This document shows positions 41,401 to 55,027 of a stretch of 64,000 nt of DNA, piece by piece. The notes beneath the pieces are model-generated. The model was not told where the DNA came from, searched no databases, and saw only the letters and a list, made by a program, of their open reading frames with translations. The stretch is from contig CM035353.1 of the NCBI GenBank assembly GCA_020137815.1, positions 5,766,001-5,830,000 on the forward strand, in the 5' to 3' direction. A program made the translations under genes and the position numbers. Source of the DNA: Hormiphora californensis. Its lineage: Eukaryota; Animalia; Ctenophora. Every line of letters starts with the position of its first letter. Positions within the stretch are counted from its first letter, which is position 1.

Positions 41401-44400
41401 GATATTTTTTCCCTGCCCGGGTGGATGCCCGAAGGGCATCCACCCGGATGATCGTTTTAGCACGTGTGCTAAAAAGATCATAAAGGGTTTAGAAATCTCG
41501 GATTTGAAATAGTAACTCGAGCGTGGTCAAAATCGCGTGTGTCACGGTAGCAGCATAGTAACTGCTCCTTCATAAAATCAAATAACTGTTTTGATGAAAT
41601 ATGATGTCAGGACGCTTATTTTTCAAAGCTGCTGTGCGCGGCGCTCACAACACTGTTGCTGAAGGGGTGAGGGTATAACAGCTGTGTAATGTGAGATGCA
41701 TACATACAGGACGCATGCATCTCACATTGTGACCAAGCCTTGATATTGTGATACTGATAGTGTGATACTGATCCTGTCGACGGAGGGCAGGGAAACACCG
41801 CATTATGAATACATAATGCAATAATTCTTGTTAGAGTGAAAGTTTTGAAGCCCCCTGAAGTCGTAGAGTGGTTTTCTATGGCTCGTTGGAAAGGTCTCGA
41901 GGTCCCGCGACGTATAGGGGGTGTGGCGATGGCCATACCCAAACCTATAAGGGTTAGGACGCGAAAAACAGTCAAAATAAGGGGTATTCAGAACTCGGCA
42001 ATTAGAAGGAGTAGAAAGGTGTTCTAGGGTGCGTTCGAAAGCTCTCGAAGTGCTGAAGTAATTGGAATGTAATTGGAAGGAATTACATGTAATTAAAATG
42101 TAATTACATGGAAGTAAAGGGTAATTACATGTAATTAAAAGGTCTAAATGACCCAGAATGATAATTTAAACATATTTTGAGGCCCTGAGACCAGCGGGTG
42201 GCGAAATTTAATCCGGTTTCGGGTCGGCTGACGTAAAAACTCCGCGTTTTGGTCGAGATTCGGGGCCTGGCAAGGCCCCCCGACCCGAATATAACCCAAA
42301 CTCAACCCATCCCCCCTAAAACTAAAACAACGGGGCCGAGCCGACAGGCCCTTAATACCAGATGAAAAAAAACCATAAACCATAAACCATAACCATAACC
42401 ATAACCATAGATATTTTTAGAGTGAAAGTTTTGAAGCCCCCTGAAGTAGTAGAGAGGTGTTCTATGGCTCGTTGGAAAGGTCTCGAGGTCCCGCGACGTA
42501 TAGGGGGTGTGGCGATGGCCATACCCAAACCTATAAGGGGTAGGACGCGAAAAACAGTCAAAATAAGGGGTATACAGAACTCGGCAATTAGAAGGAGTAG
42601 AAAAGTGTTCTAGGGTGCATTCGAAAGCTCTCGAGGTCCTAAAGTAATTGGAATGTAATTGGAAGTAATTACATGTAATTAAAATGTAATTACATGTAAT
42701 TAAAGGGTAATTACATGTAATTAAAAGGTCTAAATGACCCCAAATGACAATTCAGACATATTTTGACATATTTGGAGGCCCTGAGACCAGCGGGTGGCCA
42801 AATTTAATCCGGTTTCGGGTCGGCTGACGTAAAAACTCCGCGTTTTGGTCGAGTTCGGGGCCTGGCAAGGCCCCCCGACCCGAATATAACCCAAACTCAA
42901 CCCATCCCCACTAAAACATCCCCCCTAAAACTAAAACAACGGGGCCGAGCCGACAGGCCCTTAATACCAGATGAAAAAAAAACCATTCGGGGCCTGGCAA
43001 GGCCCCCCGACCCGAATATAACCCAAACTCAATCCATCCCCCCTAAAACATCCCCCCTAAAACTAAAACAACGGGGCCGAGCCGACAGGCCCTTAATACC
43101 AGATGAAAAAAAAACCATAAAACCATAACCATAACCATAACCATAGATATTTTTAGAGTGAAAGTTTTGAAGCCCGCTGAAGTAGTAGAGAGGTGTTCTA
43201 TGGCTCGTTGGAAAGGTCTCGAGGTCCCGCGACGTATAGGGGGTGTGGCGATGGCCATACCCAAACCTATAAGGGGTAGGACGCGAAAAACAGTCAAAAT
43301 AAGGGGTATACAGAACTCGGCAATTAGAAGGAGTAGAAAGGTGTTCTAGGGTGCGTTCGAAAGCTCTCGAGGTGCTGAAGTAATTGGAATGTAATTGGAA
43401 GTAATTACATGTAATTAAAATGTAATTACATGTAATTAAAGGGTAATTACATGTAATTAAAAGGTCTAAATGACCCCAAATGACAATTCAGACATATTTT
43501 GACATATTTGGAGGCCCTGAGACCAGCGGGTGGCAAAATTTAATCCGGTTTCGGGTCGGCTGACGTAAAAACTCCGCGTTTTGGTCGAGTAAACCATAAA
43601 CCATAAAACCATAAACCATAGATATTTTTAGAGTGAAAGTTTTGAAGCCCCCTGAAGTAGTAGAGAGGTGTTCTATGGCTCGTTGGAAAGGTCTCGAGGT
43701 CCCGCGACGTATAGGGGGTGTGGCGATGGCCATACCCAAACCTATAAGGGGTAGGACGCGAAAAACAGTCAAAATAAGGGGTATGCTGAACTCGGCAATT
43801 AGAAGGAGTAGAAAGGTGTTCTAGAGTGCGTTCGAAAGCTCTCGAGGTACTGAAGTAATTGGAATGTAATTGGAAGCAATTATATGTAATTAAAATGTAA
43901 TTACATGTAATTAAAGGGTAATTACATGTAATTAAAAGGTCTAAATGACCCCAAATGATAATTTAAGCATGTTTCGACACATTTGGAGGCCCTGAGACCA
44001 GCGGGTGGAAAAATTTAATCCGATTTCGGGTCGGCTGACGTAAAAACTCCGCGTTTTGGTCGAGTAAACCATAAACCATAAAACCATAAAACCATAGATA
44101 TTTTTAGAGTGAAAGTTTTGAAGCCCCCTGAAGTAGTAGAGAGGTGTTCTATGGCTCGTTGGAAAGGTCTCGAGGTCCCGCGACGTATAGGGGGTGTGGC
44201 GATGGCCATACCCAAACCTATAAGGGGTAGGACGCGAAAAACAGTCAAAATAAGGGGTATACAGAACTCGGCAATTAGAAGGAGTAGAAAGGTGTTCTAG
44301 GGTGCGTTCGAAAGCTCTCGAGGTGCTGAAGTAATTGGAATGTAATTGGAAGTAATTACATGTAATTAAAGGGTAATTACATGTAATTAAAAGGTCTGCA

Positions 44401-47400
44401 TGATCCCAAATGATAATTTAAACATATTTTGACGTATTTGGAGCAATTGGAAGGAGTAGAAAGGCGTTCTAGGGTGCGTTCGAAAGCTCTCGAGGTGCTG
44501 AAGTAATTGGAATGTAATTGGAAGTAATTACATGTAATTAAAGGGTAATTACATGTAATTAAAGGGTAATTACATGTAATTAAAGGGTATTACATGTAAT
44601 TAAAAGGTCTGCATGATCCCAAATGATAATTTAAACATATTTTGACGTATTTGGAGCAATTGGAAGGAGTAGAAAGGCGTTCTAGGGTGCGTTCGAAAGC
44701 TCTCGAGGTGCTGAAGTAATTGGAATGTAATTGGAGGTAATTACATGTAATTAAAGGGTAATTACATGTAATTAAAGGGTAATCACATGTAATTAAAGGG
44801 TATTACATGTAATTAAAAGGTTTGCATGATCCCAAATGATAATTTAAACATATTTTGACATATTTTGAGGCCCTGAGACCAGCGGGTGGCCAAATTTAAT
44901 CCGGTTTCGGGTCGGCTGACGTAAAAACTCCGCGTTTTGGTCGAGGTAACCATAAACCATAAACCATAAAACCATAGATATTTTTAGAGTGAAAGTTTTG
45001 AAGCCCCCTCAAGTAGTAGAGAGGTGTTCTATGGCTCGTTGGAAAGGTCTCGAGGTCCCGCGACGTATAGGGGGTGTGGCGATGGCCATACCCAAACCTA
45101 TAAGGGTTAGGACGCGAAAAACAGTCAAAATAAGGGGTATTACAGAACTCGGCAATTAGAATGAGTAGAAAGGTGTTCTAGGGTGCGTTCGAAAGCTCTC
45201 GAGGTGCTGAAGTAATTGGAATGTAATTGGAAGTAATTACATGTAATTAAAATGTAATTACATGTAATTAAAGGGTAATTACATGTAATTAAAAGGTCTA
45301 AATGACCCCAAATGACAATTCAGACATATTTTGACATATTTTGAGGCCCTGAGACCAGCGGGTGGCGAAATTTAATCCGGTTTCGGGTCGGCTGACGTAA
45401 AAACTCCGCGTTTTGGTCGAGATAAACCATAAAACCATAAAACCATAACCATAGATATTTTTAGAGTGAAAGTTTTGAAGCCCCCTGAAGTAGTAGAGAG
45501 GTGTTCTATGGCTCGTTGGAAAGGTCTCGAGGTCCCGCGACGTATAGGGGGTGTGGCGATGGCCATACCCAAACCTATAAGGGGTAGGACGCGAAAAACA
45601 GTCAAAATAAGGGGTATACAGAACTCGGCAATTAGAAGGAGTAGAAAGGTGTTCTAGGGTGCGTTCGAAAGCTCTCGAGGTGCTGAAGTAATTGGAATGT
45701 AATTGGAAGTAATTACATGTAATTAAAATGTAATTACATGTAATCAAAGGGTAATTACATGTAATTAAAAGGTCTAAATGACCCCAAATGACAATTCAGA
45801 CATATTTTGACATATTTGGAGGCCCTGAGACCAGCGGGTGGCCAAATTTAATCCGGTTTCGGGTCGGCTGACGTAAAAACTCCGCGTTTTGGTCGAGATA
45901 ACTTACAACAAGATTTTCCCGGGAAGCACTTCTCTGCGACTCGACCTTCCACATCTGTGTAACACCAAGGGACAAGCATACCAAAGTTTGGATTGCGACA
46001 GTATGAATGTTTCCCCAAGCCAAAGTCAGTCTGCCTGAGTAGAATAATTTGTAAAGAGTATATTCTTTTCTAAAAATTAGCGTGATTAAAGACTAAAGTT
46101 TTTGCCATGACTCTCGGTTCTTACTCAGTTGATGAATATTCGTCCAGAATGGCATCCCAATTCTGGCACTTCCTCCCAGATTTGGTTGTGCTTTTGGTTC
46201 CCCGATAATCTTTGCCCCATCGAACATTAGAACATTCCTCATCTGGATAGTTTAATTTTTATTTTTTTAGAAATAGTGGCAACATCGTACACACATAATA
46301 ATCTCTAAAGTGAAATCGTTAGACCAACAATTTTGCTGGGAGAATTGATCTAGGGCCATGATTCAAAAGACATTTGATATTCAACTAACCTGCAATAATT
46401 CCATAATCATTGTTCCATTTAATGGACATGTACTCGATTCCTTTCTTTACAAACTCATTCAGTTTACTATCACTGACACCACACTTCAGCTGGCTGGTTT
46501 GTCCTTGAACTAGAAGCTCTTGGTTGTCCATTATAACCACCACCTCATCAGAATTGTCCTCCGTTTCGTTTGACGCACTGAATCCTAAAATAGATTGTCA
46601 AATTGAATCTGTTATAAGGTTGATCTCAATGTGATGACTTCTGATCGCATGTATAAATGTATATAAATCGCATAATCTATGATTCATGGATTGCATAATG
46701 AATGACTAGATGAGTATACCGTAAACTTCCACCTCGCATAAAGTAATGCTCTTTCCCTGAAGTAGTACAGAGTTTCCGACAGCTTCAAAATCAAACTGGA
46801 TCACCTGCATGGTTGCTTGTACTGCACTTACAGTTTTGGATTCTACATTAGAATTTCCATTCATCACGCTGACCTAGAAAATAGAAACATTGTTACTTGA
46901 TCGAAAATCCATTGAAATAGGGATTATTATATCAGTATGTGGAGTTTGATCTGAAGTGCATTTTCTGAAAACGGGAAATTATGCTGCGTAGATTACATTG
47001 TGTTACCTTTAGATCCTTTAGAAGTCTTGTGCTGTATGCAAAACAATAGGAATCAGGGGACCGTTGAAAAATGACAATTTGTGTTATGTTGTATTCCTTT
47101 ATCAAATGAATGTAGAGAAAATTACTGTTAGTTGTCTGTTCCATAGAGCAGTACTTCCTGTGTAATAGTGCATTAGTTAAATTATTGAACCCAACTGAAG
47201 GTAGAGAGATTGTTTATTTTTCTAAAAACAAGTTTATCATACTTTGGAAAGTCACTGCTAGTTTCCCCAGACTTTTCCCCATCCACAACTGAATATGCCC
47301 TTCCATCAGTTCTCTGTGTCGAAGATGTCACAGGCTTTTTGAGAGACAACAATTCCGCTCCTAAAAGTCCATTATATTTGCGTGAATAATCCACTTTTTA

Positions 47401-48988
47401 ATTAACTTACAAACATTGATTTTAACGAATCAAACCATTTTATACCTGTTGTTATGTTCAGCTTAGTATCGCTTGCTGTTTGCGTTACCGTACACTCTGG
47501 CCACTCTGGAAAAGGTGACAGTGGGTGTTACGCCGTGACACCATTGCCCAGTTTAGATCCCTAACAATGTTAGGGACATGTTAGGCTAACATGTCACATA
47601 CTTAGCTGGAAGGCGAGTTGAGTAACAGCAATAGTGACATTGAAAAACTCCTCTTTTCTGGTTATTGCCAAGTTCACTATGTCAGTATCCGCACATGTTA
47701 GCCTCGCTTCGTTTTTCCAGATCGTCAGTTGTAGGGATACTCCAGAACCATCTAGTTCACACTGAACAGTCGATTCATTGGTTCGGATCTTTTGGCAAAG
47801 ATCGCCACACCCGTCGATATAGCCAGATACTTCAATGCTTCCCCCTGTAATTTATGAGAAATTCACAAACTTGAGTAAAGAATTACATCGTTGTTTTTGT
47901 TTATTCAACTGTTTGATTGATGTTTACCTGTTCGGTTTTTGGCGACCACACGAACATTTATTTTCCACGACTGATGTATAAAATTCAGTTTGCCTGGGTA
48001 AGATAAGTAGGTATAACAATCAAACATTTACTTTACTGGAAAATCGGAGGAAGAATCAAGGGCTTTTGTAGTTTTGTACGGTTAATCGAGGTTTAGATAA
48101 AACAAGGTTCGCGTTCGGTAAATCGAATTCTGGTAGTATTGATTATTGAAACCCATATTTTAAACTAATATTGCCCACCAATCAACCACAGTTTTACTGC
48201 TCCTACTTTTTTACCTTCATATTCCATTTCTTCATCACCAAGGTACTGAAACAAATTAACGGTGGCTCTGACGGCATTATCAGTCAAGTTACCAACTCCC
48301 TCCGTCGAAAAAGTTTGCGATTTCATCTTCCAATCTGGAATGTTGGATTATTATTTTCACTCCTCTTTGTAGTACTACAATAATTTTACACTTCTTGATG
48401 TCTAACATTAATTATGCCTTATTCAAGACTATATTGCAAAGCGCAATAATCTCCTAACTCACCGGTGTTATATACTCCGTTCATGGTCGTCAAATCCACA
48501 TCAACCAACGGGTATGGTGAAAATGGGTACTCGCACTCTTTAATAGCGAAATTAATTGAGAACAGTAGTGTTTCATCACATAGAATCCACATAACGCTCT
48601 CATTGCGCAGGAAAACCTTCCATTGAGCCCCGGGAAAGTCCTGGCTAGTTAAATTGTCACCGTGCTCAGTCACCGTCATCCCTGTTTCATTGATGTGACA
48701 CACATCTTTTATAGCTGTTATATTTAGACTTCTGAACCGAGTACCACTTTCCAATATCTGGCTCCAAGTTAGTGTCATTGTTTGGGTGGTTGTTGTGGAA
48801 CCCAATGTCCTTGTCATTGATACCCGATATGTATCATTTGTTGTAACGGTAAAGGACAGAATCTGATCGCGAAGGTTTAGATTAGCGATCGGATTGTCCT
48901 TGCTGATAGGTGTACTTGCTAAGGTGAACTGGAACAGTAAACCCAGAAAGGAAAGGACCAAGAGTTGGTTTCTCCGTGGCTGGAGCAT
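35460..48988 (-). CDS. Large-ectodomain rhodopsin-class GPCR (GRL101/RXFP-like 7TM) with F-type lectin, 3 kringle and LDLa-like domains, ~1934 aa
   Basis: Exons (minus): 48988-48463 (signal peptide), 47993-47928, 47844-47602, 47505-47446, 47360-47243, 47157-47007, 46873-46720 (F-type lectin: LSLKKPVTSS..AYSVVDG..LCEVEVYG), 46584-46390, 46242-46125 + 46034-45907 (kringle: YRG..CQNW..YCRNP..PWCY), 40791-40692 + 40600-40176 (kringle), 40023-39778 (kringle), 39644-39492, 39433-39075, 38471-38191, 38041-37892, 37791-35460 (LDLa such as CDYSNDCGDNSDE; 7TM with TWVPF and NSVVNPLIY). Exon sum is 5805 nt, divisible by 3. The first junction is least certain because unplaced exon-like pieces lie near 48215-48380. 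Confidence 0.88.
40980..45898. repeat. Complex intronic tandem array of a ~476 bp module and a ~125 bp module
   Basis: Seven long modules ending ..GCGTTTTGGTCGAG (~42257, 42853, 43589, 44064, 44945, 45421, 45897) and six short modules starting TTCGGGGCCTGGCAAGGCCCC, joined by (AAACCAT)n linkers. Confidence 0.92.
41409..41830 (-). mobile_element. Helentron/HINE-like element inserted in a T run
   Basis: Splits the array motif GATATTTT|TAGAGTGAAAG. Double terminal hairpin CCGGGTGGATGCCC-GAA-GGGCATCCACCCGG; a related end lies at ~38995-39060 in the opposite orientation. Confidence 0.6.
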
Positions 48989-49253
48989 TGGCTGGCGTGT
49001 GTGGTATTACAGGAAATGTGGTCTAGAATCACGCAAACGTAAAGCAACTTTCAACTTTGTGTAAGCATCAAACACCTTTTACAGCCTATATGTTCTATGC
49101 GGCACATGGGATGGCTATTATAACGTAGGAAGCTTGCAAATGTACTCTCAATTCTCTCTACCGGAAGAGCACATTTCTCTCCCAATCTCTATCCAATTAC
49201 TCTCTCATAGAAATATCGATCTCTCTCTCTCGCTTCTTCTCTCTCTCTCTCTA

Positions 49254-49307
<54 letters not shown>

Positions 49308-50311
49308 ATCTCTCTCACTTTCTAATTATCTCTCATATCTCCCTCAATCTTAATCTCTATTTCTCTCTTTGTCTCTTTCTCAGAATTTAACTATTGGTAC
49401 GTCCAACATAAAATATCCCAAGCCAAGCTAAGTCTCTCTCACGGGATCAGTCTATCTCTCTCACTCTCTAAACTCTGTCCCCTTCTCTATATACTCTAGA
49501 CCTCTTTTAAATCTACCAATGAGACATTTACACTTTATTTGCATTAATATCCCAATATTATATGTTTTGCTATCGGGTGCCGATATCGCGGTGGTAATTT
49601 TACGGTACCACGGGGGGGGGGCTCAAGCCAGTTCTCACATCCCAGAGAAACCAGCCTCAGAATCAGCAAAACAAACACATAAACAGCAGGAAGAAGATTT
49701 GTGATGAAAAATTTCCCCGCTGGACCAGATTATTGTTATAGATGCCTTTTGTAGATAACAGATATAATAGCATAGTGTTTTCTTTTCGCAGTTCAGACGG
49801 GGATTCGTCTGATGCTTCATTTTAATTGTCCTTGTCGATATATCACTGAAGAACGTCCTATCCTTGCCTTGTGTACAGCATTTTTTCTCACTCTGGGAGG
49901 GTTCAGCAGATCAATTCTTGCCTTGTTCTTCTTGCACATTTCTCCGCCAATAAAACCGATTGCCACCGATATAATTGCATTTCCTCATTGCTTCTGAGCA
50001 ACCTTAGATTCCGCTCAAGAGTTAATGATTGCATGTCCAGTGTGTGTGTGTGTGTGTGTGTGTGTCAGTGTGTGATTCGCATTGGTGGTCGTCACACAAT
50101 CATTGAGCTGATGCAACCGTTTGCTTGAGAATTGTGTGTTACTGGAGGGCGCGGAACCACCCACCGTGAGTTTCTCGCGCGCACTCCCGCTCCTCAACGA
50201 CGCGCGCCATTGTTGCCATGCCAAAAACGGTGTGAAGTGACTTTGTTATTGTGACTGTTTTTGTGTACATCTCCAGTTTATTCTAACCCAACTCCCTTCC
50301 CTGTAGCAAGC

Positions 50312-52071
<1,760 letters not shown>

Positions 52072-52540
52072 ACCAGAGAGACACTCGTTAGATATTTTCA
52101 ATGTGCGATATCAAGGGACTTTATTGTGCCTAATATTATTGTATTATGTTAAAATAAAGAGGTTTTTTGCGGTCACCCTCCCATTTGTTGATCAAATTAA
52201 CATATTGTTGATTAACAACAACAATTATAATCTCAAATCTTGGCCAGCAACAGTCTCCCTTTTTTCAATATCTTTAAGTTTCCGCAATTTTGCTTTTCAA
52301 TTTAAAGGCGATGTGTGTATGAATCTCCTAGTGGCCAAAGTGGTTTGTGTAATTTGTGATATCTTTTTCTCCCCCTGAGATACATTTTTACCCACACCGA
52401 AATTCACGACTTTTTTCCCGTTGATCTGTCTGGCGGCGCCAGACCCCGATTCTATTCTCAAATTAGCATGCTCAGATCTACTCAACAAGCTCAGATGGGG
52501 TTCGCGGCGCCAGACAGCCATTGATAAGGATAATGTTTCG

Positions 52541-53027
52541 TCTGTATTAGGTACTGTACCTGGTCTGTATTAGGTACTGTACCTGGTCTGTATTAGGTAC
52601 TGTACCTGGTATGTATTAGGTACTGTACCTGGTCTGTATTAGGTACTGTACCTGGTCTGTATTAGGTACTGTACCTGGTCTGTATTAGGAACTGTACCTG
52701 GTCTGTATTAGGAACTGTACCTGGTCTGTATTAGGTACTGTACCTGGTCTGTATTAGGTACTGTACCTGATCTGTATTAGGTACTGTACCTGGTCTGTAT
52801 AAGGTACTGTACCTGGTCTGTATTAGGTACTGTACCTGGTCTGTATTAGGTACGTACCTAATACAGACCAGGTACAGCACCTAATACAGACCAGGTACAG
52901 TACTGTACCTGGTCTGTATTAGGTACTGTACCTGGTCTGTATTAGGTACTGTACCTGGTCTGTATTAGGTACTGTACATGGTATGTATTATGTACTGTAC
53001 CTGGTCTGTATTAGGTACTGTACCTGG
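52541..53027. repeat. 23 bp minisatellite with internal inversion
   Basis: Unit TATTAGGTACTGTACCTGGTCTG, ~21 copies; two inverted units at ~52854-52903. Confidence 0.95.
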
Positions 53028-53100
53028 TAGACCCCGGCAACGCTGATACGGGCCAAATTCTCCCGCAGGGAAAACCCTAGTCGTCTCACTCAAGAGATTA

Positions 53101-53280
53101 ATTTTGATTTTAAACCCACACACACCAGCGCTGTTAAAATTTCTCTCCCCCATTCTAAAAGTAACAATCTCGTGCGCTGTTATCCAACGCGACCGTTAAA
53201 ATGGTGTCCGAGATTGTTACTTTTAGAATGAGGGAGAGAAATTTTAACAGCGCTGGTGTGTGCGGGTTTAAAATCAAAAT
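53101..53280. repeat. ~70 bp arm inverted repeat (MITE remnant)
   Basis: ATTTTGATTTTAAACCC..AACAATCTCG / CGAGATTGTT..GGGTTTAAAATCAAAAT. Confidence 0.8.
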
Positions 53281-53594
53281 TTTAATTTTAACTATGGGTT
53301 AGCTCACATCTTTGAAAAAGTGTAGATAAAGAGTCCGCCCAATATAGACTGCTTAGAGTCTAAGCAGTGTTATAATAGTGGGGAGGCGTGTTGGTGTTTG
53401 GATTCAGATACAGGTACCTGGATCTACCAGCAGTGATTTATCTGGGTACTCCTCTGCTTAATGTTATTACTAACAAATAAGCTTAGCTACCACTCGTCTA
53501 CCACCATGATCATGTGAATCACATTGTGATATTCTAACGTAATAAAAACACAATTTGTTAGACAATTTGAAAGACAATTTGCTAAATTATTGAT

Positions 53595-54184
53595 TTATCC
53601 ACGGCAATGGAGCGCGTAGACATCGTTGGCCCAACCGCCTCCTTCTCCTCCCTTGCAGTTGTTAGCACGTCCGTATTTCCTGTAGGTTTTGTGAGCGTGG
53701 GGTCCACTGGCACACCATCCTCCGTTCTGGACAGCAAACACCTTGAATCCTGAAATGTTTGTTAATGTTTAGAAGAGATCATTTAGGAAATCAGAAATGT
53801 AATAGATAGGTATGTATGTAACCCTATCCCTCCGTGCGTGCTTATAGCCAACACGCTAGGTGGACTCTTAGTCTAAAAGCAGACTCTGAAACTTCTAACA
53901 ATGTTTAGACCTAGAGTGCGCAACCTGATATGCAATTATTTTTAGTAATTAACTACATAATATAACATACCCCTGCCACCAGCGACATCAGCACATTTCC
54001 TGACGGGGTCCCTCCTTGCACCGTAGTTGTCCTTCAGAGCGGGGTGAGATCCTTCCATGGGAGGAATAGCACGCTGTCCCTTATCCCTCCAGCATCCCAA
54101 TGGCTTGATATGGCATCTCCTGGCATCAACGATAGGGGCAAGTAGCCCGACCAGGGCAATAAGAAGAAGACAAGTAAACCTCAT
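53595..54184 (-). CDS. Small secreted Cys-rich WSC-like single-domain protein (122 aa, 2 exons)
   Basis: Exon 54184-53971 (signal MRFTCLLLIALVGLLAPIVDA, then LGCWRD..RAIP..KCADVA) spliced GTATGT..TTTCAG to exon 53749-53595 (GFKVFAVQNGGWCAS..TYRKYG..NCKGGEGGGWANDVY..stop); 369 nt in frame. GCWRD / FAVQNGGWC / GGxWANDVY match WSC-like domains of marine invertebrates. Confidence 0.85.
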
Positions 54185-55027
54185 AGTTAGTAGTAGTTGT
54201 GAGTACTGATTTGGAGGGGATTTGGAGAGATATTTAAACCACCTAGTGAGTGTAAGAAGTCTTCTTGATAGTGCTTAGCTTAATTTTTATCCACTATTCA
54301 GCTTTTTTGCCCCTAAGTTAAATAGTGGATTTGTTTTTCCCTCTCTTAGGTTTTAGGATTTGAGGTGTTAGTTTTCCAGTGATAAAATCATCTAAACCTG
54401 ATGAGATTTCAGGTAAAACACGAAAACGGCCGTCACTGAGATCTCGGTGAATAGCCACTCACTTGACCCGAGGTTCAGGCACGACTGTTTTCCCCCATAG
54501 ACTCGTTCACCCCCTAATGACTCCCCCACCCCCTAATGACTCCACCCACCCCCTAATGACTCCACCCACCCCTTACTGACTCCTCCCACCTCATATTGAA
54601 CCCTCTCCCTCCACGCCACTCATTCCTATTTTTTATATCTGATGGCTTAGGATTGTTTTGTTCAAATGCAGCACACAGGGTTGAGCAAGGCAAGCTTCTA
54701 TATCTTGTTGCTGTGGTTTTTGTTTTGAGGTTAAATAGCACCTCTCGCCATGGCGCGCCAGCCCCACCGCTCCTGGTCTGAGGGTGTCGGTTAACACTCC
54801 TTGCATCCTCCACTGAAATTGTCCGGCCAGGGGCCGTGACAAATTTTTGGAGCTTGGAAAATCCTAGATCAGAAGCAGTTCCTTTGGTTGAGGAGAATTC
54901 GTTGAGCTCCCAGTCCAGACCAGGAGAAGCGGACGACTCCCAGTCAAGACTGGGAGCCGTAAGCCGCTGCGCCACGTCAAGGCTTCTCCTCATGCGAGCG
55001 GGTTGCTGTGGTTGAAATAGATGGAGT

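Noticed and set aside
41616-45747. Repeated 63-aa ORF MKVLKPPEVV.. and antisense partners
   Set aside because: Repeat-unit translations with non-ATG starts, frameshifted in one unit, inside an intron.
49635-50224. Short ORFs between GPCR and centrin starts
   Set aside because: No coherent frame or motifs; probably shared upstream region.
54553-54993. 146-aa minus-strand ORF
   Set aside because: No recognisable domain or supporting splice structure; runs into a short repeat.
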